64,000 bases of DNA, taken from Thermodesulfobacteriota bacterium (GTDB lineage: Bacteria > Desulfobacterota_D > UBA1144 > Nemesobacterales > JAJCZQ01). The stretch spans positions 224,001 to 288,000 of the forward strand of contig OZ244044.1 of NCBI GenBank assembly GCA_965215275.1, given 5' to 3'. Below, piece after piece: positions 44,496-54,637 of this stretch. The notes beneath the pieces are model-generated. The model was given only the letters and a program-made list of their open reading frames with translations. It had not been told where the DNA came from and made no database searches. A program made the position numbers and the translations under genes. Position 1 is the first letter of the stretch; each line of letters begins with the position of its first letter.

Positions 44496-46999
44496 TTAGG
44501 TCTTTATCCGAGACCTTATATTCCTTCTTATCACAACGGATACAGGTATAAGCATCAGTGATGCCAATGCTGTGAGCATATCAGGAACAGCTTCGTTCTG
44601 ATCGGAAAGCACGCATCCTCCTCCACCTCCGCCTTCATCACTACCTGATGTTGGTGGTCTTGGTGGTCTTGGTCTTGGCGGTGGTGGGTCCGTTGGTTCT
44701 GGTGGCGTAGTCGTTACCCTGATAGTAAAGCTCAGCTCATCCGTATCTCCATCTTCATCCGTTACCTTATATGTATAACTGCCAGAAGATACAGCAGTTG
44801 GTGTTCCGCTAAGCACTCTGTCAGCTTCACTGAAAGTAACTCCATCTGGTAAAAGAGGGGAAAGGCTGTAGGTTAATTCTCCATTCCCTGCTGTTGCCTC
44901 AGGCAGTGTTTCCTTTACTGCAGTTCCCGGCACGTAGTTCTTATCTGGTATCGTCCAGCTGTTAAACGTCGGTGTATCACCAGACATATGACCATAGACC
45001 TTAATGTTCCATGAGTGTAAGGTCCCCGTACCTGCAATTGAATTATTAGTTATCTTCAAGGTCCACTCTCCGGCAGGGTCTGTTCCCAGGTGATTAGCTA
45101 AACCAAAACGATGTTCTCTGCCCGTGTACTTAAAGTCGTTTACAGTAAGTGATCCGTCAGATAAATGTGATATTGCATCTGCTGGATATGCCTCAGTGAG
45201 TTTCGACAGGGTACCGTCAGGGGAAGTTATTTCTATATCCAAAAAAGGAAAGAAAGGGTGAGTAAAATTGATACCTATCTCTATAAATTCCGTAAAGACC
45301 TCAGTGTCTTGTATATTGATATCAGGTACTGTCAGTGTGAAGACAGCGGAAACGTCTTCTGCGTTTCCTCCCGTTGTGAAGTCTGGTATAATCGTATTGA
45401 TATTACCCGAGGAAACCGTTACGGGTCTCATTTGCGGTGGAACGTTGGTCCAGTTTTCGGCAAGTTCTACTGCCGCAGCGGCGTCTACCATACCAAAACC
45501 GAACTTTGGATGGTAACGATAATCTTCTGAATCAGAACCATATTGAAGTGCTGTGCTATACCAGTCTGTGTCGACAAAATCTGACCGTTCGTCATTGCGG
45601 GCTGAACCTGCCAGGATAAGTTTCAGGTCCCGCCAGCTAACATCGCTGTTTACCTCCCGTATCAGTGCTGCTACTCCTGAAACGATCGCAGCTGAATTTG
45701 ACGTTCCAGAGAACTCAAAAGTATAACCGTCGTTATTGTTGGTAGTTACAATACCAGAACCCGGTGCACATACCCATAGATTGTATCCCTCTTCTGAAAA
45801 GGGACTCTTAGTGATCTCCCCTATATTAACGATATCCCCTGTATTATCCTGTTTTACTGAACATACGGTAGTTACAGCGTAGTAGTTGGAATACTCATTA
45901 AAATTAGCCTGATCTGATCCTTCATGTCCATCCCCTGCCGCCCATACGTAAAATACTCCTTTACCACCAAATCCTTCTCTTATACCAGTTTCCACTCCTT
46001 CTTCCCACTCCGATGAAGCCTCTGTAAGAACGGGCAGGTCCTTCGGTCCCCAGTTGTTGACCGATACAGCCGTTATATCCTTATTACGGACCATAGCGTC
46101 CTTTGCATTAGCATCACTGAAGTTATCAGCTAAATTATAACTGTAGATGCTTGCCTCAGGTGCTACACCTCTTACTCCAAGGCTGTTATCACCCACTGCT
46201 GCTATAATGCCAGCCACACGTGTACCACGACCACTGAAAGGACTGTACAGATCACCGCTTCCTGAGTAATCATGAGAAAGGGTGGTATCTATGTTATCAG
46301 CAAGGTCCTCATGATCTGTGTCCATACCATGATCTACCACCGCTACGTTAATCCCAGCTCCAAATACATTATCATCCCATACCTCTTCTATATTTATGCT
46401 CATATCTGCTTCAGAAATGTCGATCGTCTGATCACCTAATGTCAGATCACTCCCTGGATATTTCAGATACCACTGACACCCGTATAAGGGATCATTTGGA
46501 TAATTGGTAGTGATAACTGGACAGTCGTTGAATAACTGATTAGAATCAGCGAATGAAACACCTAATTCGTAGGGTGTAGCACCACTGCTTCCCACAATTA
46601 TATAGTACGTTCCACGTCTGAGGCGAGTTTCTATAGTAGCCGTCGCTGAGTTCCTTGATACAGTCACTTCAGCAGTACTTGCTATCAGATAATCATTACT
46701 GTCACATACCTGTAAGCTGTATTCCTGATCATTGGAGAAGGTGAACTTTACACTTATCTCTGCGATAAAAACGTTATCTGTGTTTACCTGTGTCCGAAAG
46801 TAAAGCAGTCCACCGGCATCCTCTAAACTTCCTCTGCGTTTTGAACCATCCAGTCTTAAAGTAGCTTCGACCGCTGCACTGGAATCACAGTTATTAACGC
46901 TGGTCTGACCATATGCACTAACGTTTACAAGGCACAGAAGAAAGAAAAAGGGAATTAATAACTTATGGGGGGGGGTATTACTCTAAACAGGATGTTCAT
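44496..46999 (-). CDS. Surface S8 (kexin/furin-like) peptidase homolog with P-domain, Ig-like domain and C-terminal anchor; frameshifted at a C9 tract; catalytic His replaced by Arg
   Basis: DPLYGCQWYL, VAVVD, GVAPEA, GTS, GFGMVDA, GEWTL..GTLHSW, He_PIG-like LSGTPT, GGGGGGC-TM-RR. The frame stays open to ~46980 through a hydrophobic signal; ATG 46999 is in another frame. Confidence 0.8.
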
Positions 47000-47370
47000 G
47001 ACCTTTTCATTTTACTTTGTATCCTGACCAAATGTCAAGAATAATTTCTTTTAAGATGTACAAGCGTGGTTCTAGTGGGGTAAGATCATCACCAGGCCAA
47101 ATGTTCAGAGATCAGAATAACCGATCTGCCACATAACGACCTCATTAACCTGCTCTGAAAAATTTTTTGAGTGACTTCAGACCCAAAAAGGACTAAAATA
47201 GAAAAGGCAGACATTTAAATCTATAAAGGACGAAAGACAGCCGGGTACACAGAGGCAAGGTCCCTGCTGATCTTTCCTGATCATTAAAGCATATTATTCC
47301 CATGTTTTAACGTGCTTTAATGACCGACGACTGAACTGATAGAACGTACAGGGAGAGCTATAACGATAAA

Positions 47371-48081
47371 ATGTCAAGTGCAGCACTGATAACGGGTGGA
47401 GCAAAAAGGATCGGAAGGTCAATCTCAATGGAACTTGCCCGTATGGGATACGACATTGCCATTCATTACAATTCATCATATAAGGAAGCGGCCGATGCAA
47501 GGTCCGAAGTTGAAAGGTCTGGAGTTAAATGTGAGATATTCAGGTCCGACCTGTCGGAACTTTCCGGCATATCGTCCTTGATAGACGAAGTGGTCTCAAG
47601 GTTTCCCGGTCTTAACGTCCTTATTAACAACGCGTCAATGTTCAGAGAGATAAGATTTGCCGATGTGACCGAGCAGGACTTCAAGGCCGACTTTAACGTG
47701 AACTTCAAAGCACCTTTTTTTCTCTGCCAGGACTTTGCAAGGAACGTCTCAAGTGGTCTGATCGTAAATATGCTCGACTCAAGGATCTCCAAGGTCCACA
47801 ACGCTCACTTTGTTTACAACCTGAGCAAGAAATCACTTCATCAGCTTACGCTCATGCTCGCCAAGGAACTTGGTCCTGATATCAGGGTGAATGCGATATG
47901 TCCTGGACCCATACTCCCTGCATCTGGGGACGACCCGGACAAATTCAGAGAGATCGTCTCAAAAATACCATTAGAAAAAAGCGGGGATACAGTATATATT
48001 AACCAGGCCGTCAGATATCTGGTAACTAACGAGTTCACTACCGGAGAAGTACTGTTCGTGGACGGCGGACAGCACCTGTAA
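47371..48081 (+). CDS. Pteridine reductase-like SDR (FolM)
   Basis: TGGAKRIG, NNAS, YNLSK; upstream of folB-folK. Confidence 0.85.
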   Translation: MSSAALITGGAKRIGRSISMELARMGYDIAIHYNSSYKEAADARSEVERSGVKCEIFRSDLSELSGISSLIDEVVSRFPGLNVLINNASMFREIRFADVTEQDFKADFNVNFKAPFFLCQDFARNVSSGLIVNMLDSRISKVHNAHFVYNLSKKSLHQLTLMLAKELGPDIRVNAICPGPILPASGDDPDKFREIVSKIPLEKSGDTVYINQAVRYLVTNEFTTGEVLFVDGGQHL

Positions 48082-48083
48082 AG

Positions 48084-48434
48084 ATGATAATAAAGATCGA
48101 GAACTTAAAGCTGAGAACGATAATAGGAGTGTTCGACTGGGAAAAACGGATAAAGCAGGACGTTACCATTAATATTGAAATAGAGTTCGATGGAAAAAAG
48201 GCCGGTGAGAGCGATAATATAGAGGACACGGTCGACTATAAATCCCTGAACAAAAAGATCATAAATTACGTGGAAAAAAACAGTTTCAACCTTCTGGAAA
48301 GAATGGCCGTTCGTATAGGTGACATGGTCATGGAAGATATAAAGGCAAAAAAGGCAACCGTTAAGGTCGATAAGCCAGGTGCACTGAGGTTTGCAGAATC
48401 CGTTTCGATCACTCACGAGATCAAGCGAGACTGA
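48084..48434 (+). CDS. folB: Dihydroneopterin aldolase
   Basis: IIGVFDWE..IKQ, TVDY, LLE, KPGAL. Confidence 0.88.
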   Translation: MIIKIENLKLRTIIGVFDWEKRIKQDVTINIEIEFDGKKAGESDNIEDTVDYKSLNKKIINYVEKNSFNLLERMAVRIGDMVMEDIKAKKATVKVDKPGALRFAESVSITHEIKRD

Positions 48435-48435
48435 A

Positions 48436-48819
48436 ATGAACACGGTAGTTGTAGGCGCAGGTTCGAACATCGACCCCGAGGACAATATCAGGCTTGCCAG
48501 AGAAGAAATATCCCTGGAAACAGATCTGATAAGTTCCTCGAAGTTCATTTTCACAAAACCCGTCGGGTGCGTGGAACAGGATGATTTTCTGAACGGTGCG
48601 TTCCTTATAAAGACCAGAAAGGACGAAAGCGGTATTAACGAGGTACTGAAAAATATCGAGATAAAACTTGGAAGAAAAAAAGCAGCAAGTAAGGACGCAC
48701 CGAGAACTATCGATCTTGACGTTCTGATATGGAACGGCCAGGTGATCGATCAGGACGTGTATTCACGAAATTTCCTAAGGGATGCCGTACTGGAACTGCT
48801 GCCGGACTTTAAATTTTAA
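48436..48819 (+). CDS. folK: HPPK
   Basis: GSNI, FLNGA, IE..LGR, PRTIDLD; ATG 48436 preferred as start. Confidence 0.92.
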   Translation: MNTVVVGAGSNIDPEDNIRLAREEISLETDLISSSKFIFTKPVGCVEQDDFLNGAFLIKTRKDESGINEVLKNIEIKLGRKKAASKDAPRTIDLDVLIWNGQVIDQDVYSRNFLRDAVLELLPDFKF

Positions 48820-48830
48820 AGGGTTTTACT

Positions 48831-49364
48831 ATGAAAAGAACATCGTCCCTACATGCAATACTCACCCCGGATCAGATAAGCGAACGGGTAAAAGAGCTTG
48901 GAACTATCATATCAAAAGATTATAAGAACCTTAATCCGGTCCTTATGGGGATCTTAAACGGAAGCTTTATCTTTCTGGGGGACCTGGTAAGAAGTATGAA
49001 CATAGTACACGAAATTGATTTTATCAAGGTCTCAAGCTATAAGAACGGTGGCACGGGTGGAGACGTTTCACTTATACGGGACCTTTCAACCGATATTTCA
49101 GGAAGAGAGGTCTTAATCATAGAAGATATCATAGACACAGGAAGATCACTGTCCTACCTGGAGAAGCACATTGCAAAATACAAACCAATAGATATAAAGA
49201 CCTGTACCCTGATAGACAAGAAAGAAAGACGTGAGGTAAATGTGTCGGCAGCCTATAAGGGCTTTGATATCGAAGAGGGATTTCTCATAGGCTACGGAAT
49301 GGATTACAGAGGATGGGGAAGGAACATAAAAGGGATATATAAACTGGATCTCGAAGGAGAATAA
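48831..49364 (+). CDS. hpt: Hypoxanthine phosphoribosyltransferase
   Basis: ILNGSFIF, VSSY, IIEDIIDTG, IGYGMDY. Confidence 0.93.
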   Translation: MKRTSSLHAILTPDQISERVKELGTIISKDYKNLNPVLMGILNGSFIFLGDLVRSMNIVHEIDFIKVSSYKNGGTGGDVSLIRDLSTDISGREVLIIEDIIDTGRSLSYLEKHIAKYKPIDIKTCTLIDKKERREVNVSAAYKGFDIEEGFLIGYGMDYRGWGRNIKGIYKLDLEGE

Positions 49365-49365
49365 A

Positions 49366-49842
49366 ATGGGATTAAGAGAACGGATACCGGAAGATATAAG
49401 ATCGGCACTGCGCCAGAAGAGGTCTCTTGAACTTAACGTTCTGAGAATGCTTCAGGCATCCATAAAGAACAGGGAGATAGAAAGCAGAGGCGAGCTGAAC
49501 GATGAACAGGTCGTTCAGGTAATATCGAGCGAGATCAAAAAAAGAAGAGAGGCAGAGCAGGAGTATATGAAGGTCAGCCGGGAAGATGCAGCAAAACTGG
49601 AAAGGCTGGAGATAGATATACTGATGAAATATATGCCAGAACAGCTGTCCGAAGAAGAGATAGTCGCCAGATGCCTTGAGGTGATCTCAGATGTCGGCGC
49701 CCATGGATTAAGGGACATGGGAGCGGTAATGAAGTCGGTCATGTCCCGGTTAAAGGGAAAAGCGGACGGTAAGCTTATAAACCACATAGTCAGAGAGGAA
49801 CTTGAAAAAATGGAAAGAAGGTTAGAGGAAACAGATGAGTAA
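49366..49842 (+). CDS. GatB/YqeY domain protein
   Basis: KKRREA, YMPEQLSEEEI, DMGAVM, GKADGK. Confidence 0.9.
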   Translation: MGLRERIPEDIRSALRQKRSLELNVLRMLQASIKNREIESRGELNDEQVVQVISSEIKKRREAEQEYMKVSREDAAKLERLEIDILMKYMPEQLSEEEIVARCLEVISDVGAHGLRDMGAVMKSVMSRLKGKADGKLINHIVREELEKMERRLEETDE

Positions 49843-51652
49843 AGTCCAGAAGACAGCACCTGAAACCGGTGCAGAGGGTATAAAATGGGACCTGAACGAC
49901 CTTTACAAAGGAACCAAGGACCTCAGCATAGAACGCGACCTGAAAAAGATCCGCAAAAGTGCCGAGCGATTCGAAAAAAGGTACAGGAACGAAATACGGT
50001 CTGCCAAGCTCGATCCGGAAACATTACTGAAAGCGGTCAGGGAACTGGAGAAAATATCAGAAGCTGCCGGTAAACTGCTGTCCTACGCTCATCTTCTTTT
50101 TGCAGGTGATACGAACAGTTCTGAACATGGTGCCTTTTTGCAGTCCATGCAGGAAAAGATCACCGATATCAGGAAAAAGCTGATCTTTTTTGAACTTGAG
50201 TGGATCAGGCTCCCTGAAAGGACTGCGGGGAAAATACTTAAAGACGGCAGGCTTTCAGGCTATGCCCATTTCCTCAGACATTACAGAAAATATAAACCGC
50301 ACTCACTTTCCGAACCCGAGGAAAAGATAGTTGCAGAAAAGGACAATACGGGATCAGTGGCGTTCTGCAGGCTGTTCGATGAAGTAATAAACAACATTGA
50401 GTTCAGGATAAGACTGGACGGCAAAGTCCAAACCCTGACCGAGACGCAGGTCCTAGCACTTTTATATCACCCTGACAGAAAAACGAGAAGGTCCGCTTCT
50501 GTAAGCCTTACAAAAGGACTTGAGAACAACTCTCACGTCCTGACCTATATATTCAATACCTTGCTGAACGACCATTCGATCAACGACCGTTTACGCTCCT
50601 ACCCTCATATAATGGCGCACAGGAACCTGAACAACGAGATCGACGAGCAGACCGTCAGCACGCTGCTGCGGTCGTGTGTAGAAAGTTACGGCACGGTTGA
50701 AGAATATTACGACCTGAAGAAAGAACTTCTCGGTCTGAACAAAATGTACGACTATGACAGATACGCTCCCATATCGTCCGAAGATAAGACCATTAAATAT
50801 GGTGAGGCAAAGAACGTCATACTGGAAGCTTTTGGTGATTTTTCACCAAAGATGGCACGAATTGCAAAAACATTTTTTGATAAAAACTGGATAGACGCAG
50901 AGCTGAGAGAAGGTAAAAGAGGCGGTGCTTTCAGCCACGGCACCGTTCCCAGCGTCCATCCGTACGTGCTCGTTAACTACTCCGGAAAGATGAGGGACGT
51001 TATGACGGTAGCCCATGAACTGGGGCACGGCGTTCATCAGTATCTTTCAAGGAAACGGGGATATTTTCAGGCAAATACCCCGCTCACCACGGCAGAGACC
51101 GCAAGCGTTTTTGCCGAGATGCTCGTTTTTGACAGACTGATAAAGAACGAAAAAAGCAAGAAAGCAAAACTATCACTTATGTGCGGGAAACTTGAAGACG
51201 CCTTTGCCACGGTTTTCAGACAGGTGGTCATGACAAAGTTCGAAGAAGCACTTCATACAAAAAGACGTGAAGAAGGAGAACTTACAAAAGAAGCGATCAA
51301 CGAGTTGTGGATAGAGGCAAATAAGGCCATGTTCGGTAACTCTGTCGAGCTTACGGAAAACTACAATATATGGTGGATGTATATACCGCACTTTATCCAT
51401 TCTCCCTTTTACTGCTATGCCTATTCGTTCGGTGAACTGTTAGTTCTTGCCCTTTATCAAAAATACCTGCAGGAGGGAAGAACATTCGTTCCAAAATACC
51501 TGGATATGCTGTCCGCCGGTGGAAGTGAACCTCCGGAAAAGATCATTGAAAAAGTAGGAGTGAACATCAAAGACCCCGATTTCTGGCAGGGAGGATTGAA
51601 CCTGTTGAGCGGTATGGTCAAAGAGACCACAGAACTGGCACGAACACTATGA
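49835..51652 (+). CDS. pepF: Oligoendopeptidase F (M3B)
   Basis: WDLNDLY, GKRGGAF, HELGH, AETAS, PFYCYAY. Confidence 0.9.
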   Translation: MSKVQKTAPETGAEGIKWDLNDLYKGTKDLSIERDLKKIRKSAERFEKRYRNEIRSAKLDPETLLKAVRELEKISEAAGKLLSYAHLLFAGDTNSSEHGAFLQSMQEKITDIRKKLIFFELEWIRLPERTAGKILKDGRLSGYAHFLRHYRKYKPHSLSEPEEKIVAEKDNTGSVAFCRLFDEVINNIEFRIRLDGKVQTLTETQVLALLYHPDRKTRRSASVSLTKGLENNSHVLTYIFNTLLNDHSINDRLRSYPHIMAHRNLNNEIDEQTVSTLLRSCVESYGTVEEYYDLKKELLGLNKMYDYDRYAPISSEDKTIKYGEAKNVILEAFGDFSPKMARIAKTFFDKNWIDAELREGKRGGAFSHGTVPSVHPYVLVNYSGKMRDVMTVAHELGHGVHQYLSRKRGYFQANTPLTTAETASVFAEMLVFDRLIKNEKSKKAKLSLMCGKLEDAFATVFRQVVMTKFEEALHTKRREEGELTKEAINELWIEANKAMFGNSVELTENYNIWWMYIPHFIHSPFYCYAYSFGELLVLALYQKYLQEGRTFVPKYLDMLSAGGSEPPEKIIEKVGVNIKDPDFWQGGLNLLSGMVKETTELARTL

Positions 51653-51863
51653 GGTAAGGGTCGTCATAGACGTTTTAAACATGGATATTATCATGATTTA
51701 ACAGCTACTGTTTCTGGAAACTTCAATAAGACTATTAAAAAAGAAGTGGAAGAAGGACTGGAGGATTTTATAAAAGATATAAACGAACTAAATAAAGGAA
51801 ATCCAAATAATGCAAACAAATTGTAGTATTAGAGGGAAAATACTTTCTCTTAAGGAGGGATAT

Positions 51864-52646
51864 ATGAATAGAAATAATGAATTAGATACTGTATATAAAG
51901 CAATTAAAAATATAATGATAGAAGGTTGTGTTAATGATTCTTTTAAACCCAGTGATTTGATTGAAAGAAAATCAAAAGAACCAGGTATATATGATTTTGT
52001 TAGCAGAAGAACACCAAATATGTATGATTTTTTTAAAATACCAAAACCTTTACACGAAAAAATAGATGTTATTCCAACAGATAGTGTAGATAATGGGTTT
52101 AAAGATTTTGGATTTAGTTTTAATACTGAATTACTTCCTCTACCTCATGAACGTTTTAATTACACAATGAATAATATAAATGGTATCAAAAAAACATTTT
52201 TTGATACTCAATTAAATAACATTATATCTAATATGCTATATAAATATGCTGAAGGTAAAAATAATAAATGTAAATTTAATGTGGATCAGTTGAATATCAA
52301 CGGATGGGTTAAAAACAGATTTAGTGATGGGCAAGTAAATCCAGATTTTATTATTGCAAATCTTTCAGATATTTTAGTACTTACCAGAAAAAAAATTGAT
52401 GCAGGATGTATTTTACTTTCTGAGGGTATTTCAAAAAAAGAAATACCTTTATCTAAATCAGTCGGACTTCCAGAAAGATGTGCTTTATTAATTGATTCAA
52501 AATTTATAAAAGCTAATTATTTAAATGAATCGTCATTGATACCTTGTGATTTAAAATTAAGTTTTTATTTTAGGATACCTTTTAAGATAGATATTATAAA
52601 TTCAAATGCAGTTCATATACTTGAATTAGTTTATGGTAATAATTAA
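51864..52646 (+). CDS. AT-rich hypothetical protein; C-terminus weakly HK97-capsid/encapsulin-like
   Basis: SD AAGGAGG before ATG 51864, in frame with the 51810 ORF. Confidence 0.6.
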   Translation: MNRNNELDTVYKAIKNIMIEGCVNDSFKPSDLIERKSKEPGIYDFVSRRTPNMYDFFKIPKPLHEKIDVIPTDSVDNGFKDFGFSFNTELLPLPHERFNYTMNNINGIKKTFFDTQLNNIISNMLYKYAEGKNNKCKFNVDQLNINGWVKNRFSDGQVNPDFIIANLSDILVLTRKKIDAGCILLSEGISKKEIPLSKSVGLPERCALLIDSKFIKANYLNESSLIPCDLKLSFYFRIPFKIDIINSNAVHILELVYGNN

Positions 52647-52859
52647 AGGGAATTATATACTCTTATAACTACTTACTTTTCTTATTTTTTTCTTTCTTAA
52701 ACCTTCTTAACTGGTTTTTTATGTTTTTTAACAAGTTTAAGATTATCTTTAAACATAGATTACACCACTTTGTCTATAGTAGCTGGGATATGTTGTATAA
52801 ATTCTATTTTTTCTGTCATTAATCCTTAAGCATTTTCCATACTTTTTACTATGGCAACT

Positions 52860-53150
52860 TCACAGAAATCATAAAAAGAACCGTACTAATCTTTCACCTC
52901 ATTCCACACATCTTTGCGTCTAGCGCTATGTTTGGCTAAATAAGGCAGATTGGTGCAGATAATAGAACGATGAGGATTGGCAACCTGAACAAGACCATCA
53001 TTCAATTCCCAGTGTTCTTCTGACAGGTCGTAACCATGCGGGATAATATCATAGTCTGCACAAAGCTAATCAATCGTATTGCAAGCACCGGCGAACGGGT
53101 ATAAAACATGTAGATAAGATTCAAGATAATCCCTTATTGGACGAGTCAAA
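52860..53150 (-). pseudogene. N6-adenine DNA methyltransferase remnant
   Basis: Hand translation HVLYPFAGACNTID*LC...GYDL...IICTNLPYLAKHSARRK: decayed motifs I (DPFAGxG) and IV (NPPY), with an in-frame stop. Confidence 0.7.
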
Positions 53151-53311
53151 AAGAATCTTGTGCAGTTTTTTTACTATTTATATATTTATTCTGCTCTTTC
53201 GAGATGAGCATTTTGGTTTCGAGCATCATTACCTTATTATATAAAGACATAAAATAAACGATCAGATACAGGTTGTTTTATATTTATCAGAGATAGGTAA
53301 CAGGATAATTA

Positions 53312-53740
53312 CTAATTTCTATTTTTTTCTAATAATTGTTTAATTTCTGCTGTTTGATTAGCAAGTTTTTGCTCAAGATTAGCAAACTTTTCATCAATTA
53401 ATTTATATTGCCTGTCGAACTTTGCATCCTGCTTATCAAACTTTGCATCTTGCTTGTCTGAAATTTTTTGAATAAAGTCACTAAAATATTTGCTCATATC
53501 TATCTCCTTAATACTTATTTCACTCTTGATATAAGTTCTTATAATAAAAAAACTTCCAACAACAACAGAAGTAGATACAATAACAAACGGCAACAATTCA
53601 TACTCAACAAATTCAATGTTGCCACCGTATAATACGAATAAGAAAAAGACAATACCTACTATTAAAAACAATGCGAACAGTATATTGACTATCTTCTCTA
53701 GTAAGTTTTGATCATTATTAGAATGTTCGCTAATTATCAA
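53312..53740 (-). CDS. Two-TM membrane protein with coiled-coil tail
   Basis: SD GAGGAGG, two hydrophobic helices, DKQDAKF repeat. Confidence 0.7.
   Translation of the reverse strand: MIISEHSNNDQNLLEKIVNILFALFLIVGIVFFLFVLYGGNIEFVEYELLPFVIVSTSVVVGSFFIIRTYIKSEISIKEIDMSKYFSDFIQKISDKQDAKFDKQDAKFDRQYKLIDEKFANLEQKLANQTAEIKQLLEKNRN
53414..53458. repeat. 21-bp tandem repeat (~2 copies) encoding DKQDAKF
   Basis: gtcgaactttgcatcctgctt / atcaaactttgcatcttgctt. Confidence 0.8.
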
Positions 53741-53756
53741 TACCTCCTCGCTTTCT

Positions 53757-53786
53757 ATAGTATCATTCTAATAATTTAGGTGTCAA
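53757..53786 (-). promoter_or_regulatory. Sigma70 promoter of the 53312-53740 gene
   Basis: TTGACA-18 nt-TACTAT with an extended -10 TG. Confidence 0.55.
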
Positions 53787-53970
53787 TAAATATATTAATA
53801 ATTATGAATATTTAGATTTACAAAGATGGAGAAGATGTAACCACCACCAAAATATTAGGGAACTATACAGTAATCAATGTAATATCGCCTCAGTAGGTTT
53901 TGCAAATACACCTTTACTCAGAACAATACTTTGTTAAAATAATCCCATCAGGACATTCAGGAGGAACAGT

Positions 53971-54627
53971 ATGAAAATATCACTACTTGGCGGAACCGGG
54001 GACATAGCTGAAGGGCTCGTTCTCAGATGGTCAAAATCAGGACACGAAATATATATAGGATCAAGAAGCGAAGAAAAAGCTCAAGGCATAGCTGCCGGCT
54101 ACATTGAAAAACTGAAACCACTTGGGATCGAACCCAAGATACACGGCATGCCGAACGCTGAAGCTGCAAAGAATTCAGAGATCATAATAATTAGTATTCC
54201 CCCGGAGTACGCTGCGGCCACCATACAGGGATGCGGGGACAATATATCTGATCAGATCGTTGTAACCCCCGTTGTATCAATGAAAAAAGAAGGTAAAACG
54301 TTCTTATACGACCCGCCTTCTCAAGGGTCGTCCGCTGATGAAATAAGGTCCGTTCTGCCGGAAACAGCAAGGCTTGTATCGGCTTATCATAATTTACCAG
54401 CCAAGGGACTGGCAAATATTGATGAAGACCTGGATTATGATGTGGTTATATGCAGTGATGACGATGATGCCAAGGAAGTCGTGAAAGAACTCACGGAAGA
54501 GATGAAACACCTCAGGGTACTTGACGCCGGACCGCTGTCGGTATCACCTATGATAGAGGCGATCACTCCACTTATCGTCAGCCTTAACATAAGGATGAAA
54601 AAGCATTTCTCAATCAAGTTCGTATAA
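53971..54627 (+). CDS. npdG: NADPH-dependent F420 reductase
   Basis: GGTGDIAEGL, IGSRSEEKA, SAYHNLPA, DVVICSDD, DAGPL. Confidence 0.85.
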   Translation: MKISLLGGTGDIAEGLVLRWSKSGHEIYIGSRSEEKAQGIAAGYIEKLKPLGIEPKIHGMPNAEAAKNSEIIIISIPPEYAAATIQGCGDNISDQIVVTPVVSMKKEGKTFLYDPPSQGSSADEIRSVLPETARLVSAYHNLPAKGLANIDEDLDYDVVICSDDDDAKEVVKELTEEMKHLRVLDAGPLSVSPMIEAITPLIVSLNIRMKKHFSIKFV

Positions 54628-54637
54628 GCTCAAGGAG

